Below are positions 49,131 through 64,000 of a stretch of 64,000 bases of DNA, piece by piece. The stretch is from NCBI RefSeq assembly GCF_009914755.1, contig NC_060938.1, one strand, 5' to 3'. Numbering within the stretch: the stretch's first letter is position 1; each line of letters begins with the position of its first letter. The translations under genes were made by a program, and so were the position numbers. The notes under the pieces are model-generated. The model made no database searches. It saw only the letters and a list, made by a program, of their open reading frames with translations, and had not been told where the DNA came from. Source of the stretch: the human T2T-CHM13v2.0 reference genome, Homo sapiens.

Positions 49131-49949
49131 GAAGCCAACTATAATGTAACAGGTCCCTCACCAGATTACTGAAGGGTGTGTGTCCACTGCTTGAACTCGG
49201 AAGGCCAGGCTGTGAGCCAAGGCCATGATGTCCAGCCAAGGAACAGGTGTTTCTGAGAACCCAAACATCATGGAGAGTATCTGGGAACCTACTAAGAAAA
49301 ACAGTCTCATTGCTCAAACACAGTAGGCAAAGAGCCAGAAAATTAAAGGCAGTTTAGAGATGGAAAGTAGCACAGGTCTCTAGAGCTGTCCTGCTGCTGC
49401 TCAGGAGCGCCCTGTATGTAAGTCCTAATAAACTCATCTACTTGCCAATCTGAACTGTCTGAGTCACGTTTTGGTCTCAGCTCCCTCCCAGTTTGGGAGA
49501 CCATTATTCTATAAAATCCTGGGCTTTTCTTATAACAATTGGCATCACAAACAGGATCTAAGAGACCAAAGGGAGATTCAGGAAGGGGTGTCTGCAGTGG
49601 GAATCCCAGGGTGGTCGACGGCATCCATGTGGGGTGAAATAGTCCAACTGCTCAACCTTTGTGGGCTGCTGCTTGAGTACAGGGATGCTTAGAAAATTCC
49701 AGTGGGGAGTAAGCATGTAGTGCAAGGACCTAAGATGTTAAAGTACAATAAGAATAGCAGATGTGCTGTTGCTGTGGTAAGACTGGCTACTGAGAAATTG
49801 TTAAAGCAGGAAAAATAGATACAAAAGTTAAGGGAGGAGCTGCAGTTAGAAAGGCACATGCGAGTATCCATGTCGGCCCTGGTTGGGGATTTGGTGGAGA
49901 AGGTAGATAAAAGGGAGGAAGGGTTGGAACTCCTGTAGCTTATGTTTCC

Positions 49950-51510
49950 AAAAACATGGGGAAGTTCAAAGGCATGCCAGGTTTTCTAGGACGCCAGCTG
50001 GTTACATATTATGACTCATCCTTGTGCACCTTTTTAAACTGATGGCCAAATTACAGCAAGAAAAATCCAGAGCTCAAATGTTTCACCTTCAGCTATAGTT
50101 CATCAGATCTTCTGAAGCTCTCTATTTCTCTCTTTTCTTTTCTGCCTGCTTTGAATCTGTTGTTATTAAACTACTGGTGTTGAAATCAAACTCACTGTTT
50201 ATGGTACTGCTAATTCAAAGCCACTTGGGGATTTTGTTTTTCTTACACAGGTCAGACAATTCTAACTAAAATGTAAATGTTAGAAACTCATTTGAAACTG
50301 AAGAAAAAAAAGAGGGTAAAAGAAGTTTTTTAAAAAATCAAACTGCTATGAAAACTACTTTACCCCAAATTTTTGTCCACAGCCTTCACTGGATTACCTA
50401 TTAGGCAAATAAAGTTTAGCCATATGAAGGGGTCCCAATTTTGTCAAAAATGATATGGATCCAGTTATCCTTTATAGTCTCATGAGTTTATAATACTATC
50501 TCATGGCTAGAGTTCTGAAGTAAAAGGTACTGGGTGTGTGTGTGTGTGCGTGTGTGTGTGTGAGAGAGCATACATGTTTATGTTTATATGTATGTACATG
50601 TGTTATATGTTATGTCTGACATGCTACCAACTTGGCTTATAAGTAAATGAGTACTCACACATTAAGGTAAAGTCAAGTACTTTTTAAGTTTATGTAAATT
50701 TAGTAATCTTTAATAAACAAGCTGGATTTAAAATTATTGGTAAAATAAAATAGAAATGTCTTCAGAATTGTCTGCATACATTTTTGTCTAGGTTTACTGA
50801 TTAGGTAAGTTTTATATTTGCCTCTGCTAGATATTTTAAGATGTCAGAGTTTGACATGAAAGTTATAAGACTGTAAACCCAGCCAAAACCAGAATGATCT
50901 TTGTTTGTGTGGTTTTTTTGACAAATAAGACTAATTTAATATAGTTGGTTCAATGAAAGTAACAAAATCTTCTGAATTATCAGCAAAATGCCCATGTGTT
51001 TAAGGTTTTTTTTAATTATTATACTTTAAGTTCTGGGGTACATGTGCGGAACATGCAGGTTTGTTACATAGGCATACACGTGCCATAGTGGTTTGCTGCA
51101 CCCATATACCCGTCATCTACATTAGGTATTTCTCCTAATGCTATCCCTCCCCTAGCCCCCCACCCCCCAACAGGCCCTGGTGTTTCTCACTCATAAGTGG
51201 GAGTTGAACAAAGAGAACACATGGACACAGGGGGAGGGGGGAACTTTAAGGTTTTTACTTAGGTGAACATCTTATATTTACAGGCTATAAAAATGGTTAA
51301 CAGGAAAATAAGTTAGAATAGTGATTAGATTTGTCTAATATCTCAGTTCTCATGAGTCATCCAGATAAACTGCTAAAAACGAATGAATTGGATAGATATG
51401 AATGAGATAAATGCTTATAGGTGAACTCTTGTGTAATTTAAAATCTTAAAATTATTTTAGGTACTCAGTGAATGTCTGAGTGATTTCCAGTTGAAAAAAA
51501 AATGTTATAA
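49950..51510 (+). mobile_element. Class I MER4-group-like non-coding internal segment without its own LTRs
   Basis: AT-rich with a (TG)n tract at 50513-50542 and motifs such as taaaattattggtaaaataaaatagaaatgtcttcagaattgtc recalled from MER4-group internals. Confidence 0.6.
51011..51244 (-). mobile_element. Small L1PA with 5' inversion
   Basis: Antisense 3'UTR 51011-51183, sense piece 51184-51244, TSD tttaaggttttt. Confidence 0.88.
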
Positions 51511-51649
51511 TAGAGGGCATTGGTTGTACTTCTGTACCTGTTAATGGGAAATGAAATCTGTTATGTAGGGGAAGCATTGGTGGACCTCTGTGAGCTGAAT
51601 AAAAACAAGGACGGAGTCTGAAAATAAATCAAGGAGCAAAAAGAATATG

Positions 51650-54540
<2,891 letters not shown>

Positions 54541-54813
54541 GCCTTGTTTCTGCTACCCATGGCAGCTGGTAATGTCTTCTGAACTAGGCTGTGACTACAG
54601 CAGCGGTCAGCCACCAGTCCTATTGTGGGGTATGTGGATTCCTCCCCTTGTTAAGTTGCAATGGTATGCCTTGGGATATTCTGCCTTTTGCCTGACAGAA
54701 CTGGAGTGACTGGTTCAACAGCACCAATAAGGCAACCCAGGATCACTAGGGATTGTCTCTGCAGGAAGGCCTGATTGCCAGTGCAATGGAGACTAAAAGA
54801 TATGTGCCCTTAG

Positions 54814-57800
54814 GCCACAAAACAAGTCTCAATAAACTTAAGAAAATCAAAATTATATCAAGTATCTTCTCAGACCACAGTGAAATAAAACTGGAAAATA
54901 GCTCCAAAAGGAATCCTCAAAACTATACAAATACATAGAAATTAAATAATCTGCTCTTGAATGATCTTTGGGTTAACAATGAAATCAAGATGGAAATTTA
55001 AAAATTCTTTGAACTGAATGATAGTGACACAACTTATCAAAACCGCTGGGATACAGCAAAAATGGTGCTAAGAGGGAAGGTCATAGCATTAAATGCTTAC
55101 ATCAAAAAGTCTGAAAGAGCACAAATAGACAACCTCAAGGAACTAGAGAAACAAGAACCAAACCCAAACCCAGCAGAAAAAAAAATTAACAAAGATCACA
55201 GCAGAAACTAAATGAAATTGAAACAAAAAAAATTCAAGACAGATGAAACAAAAAGCTGTTTCTTTGAAAAGATAAACAAAATTGATAGACCATTAGTGAG
55301 ATTAACTAAGAAAAGAAGAAAGAAGATCCAAATAAGCTCAATTAGAAACAAAATGGAAGATGTTATAACTGATACTACAGAAATACAAAAGATCATTCAA
55401 GGCTACTATGAACACCTTTATGTGCACAAACTAGAAAGTCTAAAGGAGATGGATAAATTCCTGGAAATGTACAACCCTCCTGATTAAATCAGGAAGAAAT
55501 AGAAACTCTGAACAGACAACAAGCAGTGAGATTGAATCGATGATTTTAAAATTGCCAAAAAAAAAATTTCAGGATCAGATGGAGTCACAGCCGAATTGTA
55601 TCAGACATTCAAAGAAGAATTGGTACCAATTCTACTGAAACTATTTCAAAAGATAAAGAAAGATGGAATCCTCCCTAAATCATTCTTTGAAGGCAGTATT
55701 ACCCTAATACCAAAACCAGGAAAGGCCATAACAAAAAAAGAAAACTACAGACCATTATCTCTGATGAACATAGATGCAAAAAATTGTAACAAAATACTAG
55801 CTTTCTGAATCTAATAGCATATCAAAAAGATAATATACATGATGAAGTGGATTTCATACCAGGGATTCAGGGATGGTTTAACATATGCAAATCAATAAAT
55901 GTAATACATCATATAAACAAAAATTATGTGATAATCTCAGTAGGCACAGGAAAAGCATTTGATAAAATCCAGCATCCTTTCATGATCAAAACCCTCAAAA
56001 AATTGTCATAGATGGGACATACCTCAAAGTAATAAAAGCCATCTATGACACACCAACAGGCAACACAATACCAAACAAGGAAAATTTGAAAGCATTCCCC
56101 CAGAGAACTAGAACAAGACAAGAATACCCACTTTCACCACTTCTACTCAACATAGTACTGGAAATCCTAGCCAGAGCAGTCAGACAAAAGAAAGAAATAA
56201 AGGGTATTCAAATTGGAAAAGAGGAAGTCAAACTGTTGCTGTTCGCCGATGATATGATCATGTACCTAGAAAACCCTAAAGACTCATCCAAAAATCTAGA
56301 CCTGATAAATGAGTTCAGTAAAGTTTCGGGATACAAAATCAATGTACACAAATCAGTAGCACTGCTATATACCAACAATGACAAAGCTGAGAATCAAATC
56401 AAGTACTCAATCCCTTTTACAACAGCTGCAAAAAAAAATTAATTAAATAAAATACTTAGGAATATGCTTAACCAAGGAGGTGAGAGTTCTCTACAAGGAA
56501 AATTACAAAACACTGAAAGAAATCATAGATGACACAAACAAATGGAAACACATCCCATGCTCATGAATAGGTAGAATCAATATTGTGAACATGACCATAC
56601 TGCCAAAAGCAATATACAGATGCAATGCAATTCCCATCAAAATACCATCATCATTCTTCACAGAACTAGAAAAATATCCTAAAATTTGTATGGAACCAAA
56701 AAAGAGCCCACATAGCCAAAGCAGTAATAAGAAAAAGAACAAATCTGGAGGCATCACATTACCTGACTTCAAATTTTGCTGTGAGGCTATAGTTACCAAA
56801 ACAACGTGGTACTGCTATAAAAATAGGCATGTAGACCAATGGAACAGAATAGAGAACCCAGAAATAAAGCCAAATACTTACAGCTAACTGGTCGTCGACA
56901 AAACAAACAAAAACATAAAGTGGGGAAAGGATACCCTATTCAATAAATGGTGCTGGGATAACTGGCAAGCCACATGTAGAATGAAACTGGATCCTCATCT
57001 CTCACCTTATAGAAAAATCAACTCAAGATGGATCAAAGACTTAAACCTAAGAACTGAAACCACAAAGATTCTAGAAGATAACATCAGAAAAACTCTTATA
57101 GACATGGGCTTAGGCAAAGAATTCATGACTAAGAATCCGAAAGCAAATGCAACAAAAACAAAAATAAATAAATGGGGCCAGGCATGGTGGCTCACGCCTG
57201 TAATCTCAGCACTTTGGGAGGCTGAGGCGGGTAGATTACTTGAGGTCAGGAGTTCAAGACCAGCCTGGCAAACATGGTGAAACCCTGTCTCTACTAAAAA
57301 TACAAAAAAATAGCCATGCATGGTGGTGTGTGCCTGTAGTCACAGCTACTCAGGAGGCTGAAGCAGGAGAATGCAGTGAGCCGAGATCGTGCCACTGCAC
57401 TCCAGCCTGGGTGACAAAGCAAGACTCCGTTTCAAAAAAAAAAAAAAAGTGGGTAAAGGACATGAATAGACAATTCTTGAAAAAATATATACAGACAGCC
57501 AACAAACATTGAAAAAATGCTCAAAATCACTATAAGGGAAATGCAAATCAAAACCACAATGAGATACAACCTCATTCCTGCAGGAATGGCCATAATTTAA
57601 AAATTAAAAAAAAATAGATGTTGGCATGGATGTGGTGAAAAGGGAGCTCTTTTACGCTGCTGGTGGGAATGTAAACTAGTACAACCACTACGGAAAACAG
57701 TATGGATACCCCTTAAAGAACTAAAAGTGGAACTACCATTTGACCCAGCAATCCCACTACTGGGTGTTTACCCAAAGGAAAATAAGTCATTATGTGAAAA

Positions 57801-58299
57801 AGATGAATGCACACGCATGTTTGTAGCAGCACAATTCACAATTACAAAGATATGGAACCAAGCTAAATGCCCATCAACCAATGAGCGGATAAAGGAAATG
57901 TGGTATATATACACCATGGAATATTACTCAGCCATAAAACAGAACAAAATAATGGCCTTTGCAGCAACTTGGATGGAGTTGGAGGCCATTATTCTAAGTG
58001 AAGTAACTCAGGAATGGAAAACCAAATATTGTATGTTCTCACTTAAAAGTGAGAGTTAAGCTATGAGGATGCAAAGGCATAAGAATGATATAATGGACTT
58101 TGGGGACTCCGGGCAAAGGGTCGGGAGGGTGAGCAATGGAAGACTACATATTTGGTACAGTATACTCTGCTCCAGTGACAGGTGCAGCAGAATCTCAGAA
58201 ATCACCACTAAAGAACTTATTAATGTAACAAAAAAAATCTGTTCCCCAAAAACTATTGAAATTTTTAAAAAGTTTTTTTTTTTTAATCCACAAAAACCA
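54814..58299 (+). mobile_element. 5'-truncated L1PB (L1PB1-like)
   Basis: ORF2 fragments ([21 protein letters not shown]) and L1PB-type 3'UTR; TSD ata(t/c)gt(g/a)cccttag. Confidence 0.93.
57176..57448 (+). mobile_element. AluS within the L1PB, internally deleted
   Basis: Right arm jumps ggagaat to gcagtgagcc; no TSD. Confidence 0.9.
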
Positions 58300-59099
58300 A
58301 TACGTACCCTTAGAGGCACTACCTGTTGTGCCTATATGCCTGATGAAGAGAACAGTGTCACAAATGTTTTAAATCATTTGTCAACTCAAATTCGTTATAT
58401 AACCCGATTAAGCTTCTTTGACTCATTCTCAAATTGGTTACACACCTTACCTACTCATTGGAGTTACGTTTTGCTAACAGGCATCATAATTGTAGTTAGC
58501 TTCTGCTTTTTATGATGTTTTGTATACTGTAGATGTGGCTTGTACGCACAAGCCATGGCTATACTTTATAGGTCTGTATAGTTCTTCCCCTCATACCCCA
58601 CTCAAGGACTTTCATGCAAGATTGGTGGGAAGAATATAAAGAGCTGGGGAATGGGGTGGATTGTAGTGTGATGTGTCCCCACTAGGTTATTTAAGGTGTA
58701 CATCCACTGCTTGAATGGGGAAGGCTGGGCAGTGAGCCAAGACCATGATGCCCACTGGAGGAGCAGGTGTCCCTGAGAACCCAAATATCTCAGATGGTAT
58801 CTGAGAACTTATCAAGGAAAACAATCTCATTGCTCAAACACAGTAGGCAAAGAAGTTACAGAAAATTTGTTTAAAAGCAGTTTAGAGATGGGAGGTGGCA
58901 TGGATCTCTAGAGCTATCCTGCTGCTGCCCAGAAGTGTCCTGTATAAGTCCTCACAAACTCATCCACTCGCTGGGCTGGACTTGTCTGAGTCATTCTTCA
59001 GTCTCTTGGTTCCCTCCCAGCTTGGGAGAACATTTTTCTATACAGTCCTGGATTTTTCTCATAACACCAACACATGGAAGATGGTAGAGTGCACCTTTG

Positions 59100-59876
<777 letters not shown>

Positions 59877-60295
59877 GTCCATGATACCACTGAGCTGATG
59901 AACTGACCACCATAGAACCAGTCTATCTTTAAACAAATTGTTGCATGAAAGTAAATGTCATTTTTTGGTTAAGCCATTTTGTGTTACCGCCAAAAGCATT
60001 CTAATTGACATAAATACTTTTCTAAGATTGCTATTTATAGAGGGAAGGAGCAAATTGAACCATCAACTATTGAGAAACTTCTGATTGAGGGAGCCCTTTA
60101 CTTATGATGGAGGAAAATGAGCATGGTGAAAGAACCAATGGAAGAAAAAATAATTGAGGATACAGGGGGAAGAGAATAGTTTGTGGAGTAACATCCCGGA
60201 AGAGTCAGGAAGAGAGAGGATTTAAAGTACTAAAGTTCAAATGGAGTAATACCTTTTCTTCTTTTATTCTGATTTAAAATGAACTTGACTTTTGA

Positions 60296-61335
<1,040 letters not shown>

Positions 61336-61339
61336 AGCA

Positions 61340-62760
<1,421 letters not shown>

Positions 62761-63089
62761 CTTTTTCAATTGGGCATAGGTGTTGAATTATATAAATTTT
62801 TTCTTTTTTGTGTGTAATCTATTGTACTCTTAAAAATGGGATTCATATGAAAGGGATTTTCAGGCTGGAATGTAAGCTGAGAATGATAGTAAAGGAATAT
62901 AAGAAGAAAAGCAGACCACACTTCTCTTTTGTTCTATGAACTTGGTTTATAGGTATAAGGATGAGATAATGTCTGTCTTCCTATGTTGTTTCATTAATGT
63001 CATTTCAACTCTGTTGAGCACAGACTTCTTTAAAACCATGTTGTAAACTTGGTTACAGTGTTCACGACTCTGCAGTCACTAGAACCAGT

Positions 63090-63560
63090 AACTGAAATAT
63101 AATGCATAAGATTTGGCAGTGGTGGGGGAGTTTGTTTTCAGATATGTTGATGTTCAAATGTCAGTAGGAAAACAACGTGAGGATAACCTTAGGCAGTTAT
63201 AAACACACCTCTGGTATAATGTCCTCTCTTCTAGAGGGCAGAAGACTACAAGTATAGATTTGGGAATCATCAGCATGGAGGTCCTGTCTGAAGCCATCAT
63301 AGTAAATTACATTGAGAGAGTGTAGCGTGAGGAGTTGCTTACCATGAGGAATTAGCAGAGATCATGGATCTGGTAATTAAGAGGCTGGCAGTGATCTCCT
63401 AAGAACCGATCAGTACAGAGTGTGAGTAACAACCAAATGGCAGAAGGAAACTGTAAGGGACGGCATGATGGTATCTTGAGGTTGAGGTAGTATAAAGGGA
63501 CAGTGTTTCCAGGTTACTGAAAACAACTAAGTTTGTAGCAGAGAGAAAGCAGTGAAAAGG
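63090..63560 (+). mobile_element. L2 fragment
   Basis: tatagatttgggaatcatcagcatggagg...gaagccat. Confidence 0.55.
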
Positions 63561-64000
63561 GAAAGATTGAAAGTATTTTTATTTTTTTTCTTTTCCTTTC
63601 AAAATTGTCTGCAACCTTTATGGCTGCCAGGGCCCACCCATACCCAGACTATGTAGTATGATTTCAGCTCAAATAATTGCTATTGGACTATAGGTCTGGA
63701 CCTTATCTTTGCAAATCTAGTGGGAAATTTTACCCAGTGGATATTGAGTTACAGATCGTAATGAATCTACAGCTTTCATTTATCTTGATCTTCTTGATAT
63801 AAATTTTGCTATTCTAATTTTAAGACAAACTACTCAGTATACATATACAAAAATGCATGATACCCTCTTTACTAACATGACCTTGCTTTTAAAATGGAAA
63901 AAAAAATGGGTGCCTCGTAGATAAATGCACATTATTTTAGCTACTTTGGCTATATAAATGTTGCCAGCTTGTTTGTACTAATGTATAACCGTGCTTGAAA

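Noticed and set aside
49140-49152. APOBEC3 hypermutation (TGTAGTGTGA vs TATAATGTAA)
   Set aside because: Too few sites, mostly not GG/GA context, and the LTRs are broadly diverged.
54753-58059. L1 ORF2 fragments as a functional reverse transcriptase
   Set aside because: 5'-truncated, many stops and frameshifts, Alu-interrupted.

Overview
Primate (human-like) genomic DNA, mostly interspersed repeats. The only host protein-coding sequence is the 5' end of MAP4K5 (STE20/GCK kinase) on the minus strand. It comprises a non-coding exon 1 in a CpG island (~36625-36750), exon 2 with the ATG (CDS 36119-36226) and a 58-bp exon 3 (8991-9048), separated from exon 2 by a 27-kb intron. The CpG island looks bidirectional: a plus-strand non-coding exon ending at a MIR-derived donor (37544) fits the upstream first exon of ATL1, but that name comes from recalled locus layout, since no ATL1 CDS is in the window. 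Right of the island lies a ~20-kb nest of LTR retroelements: a full-length THE1A, an LTR33/ERV3-16A3-like ERV-L, and a TSD-bounded class III provirus (49140-59066). That provirus carries a gamma-type env relic and a class I-like segment in place of gag-pro. Most ORFs in the supplied track are Alu/L1/ERV read-throughs. I found no convincing new biological system. The best leads are the chimeric env-bearing class III provirus, a possible GGC-repeat/poly-Gly uORF in the MAP4K5 leader, a MER85 element and a DUX4-motif THE1A LTR. Repeat subfamily names are from memory of consensus sequences and need RepeatMasker/Dfam confirmation.
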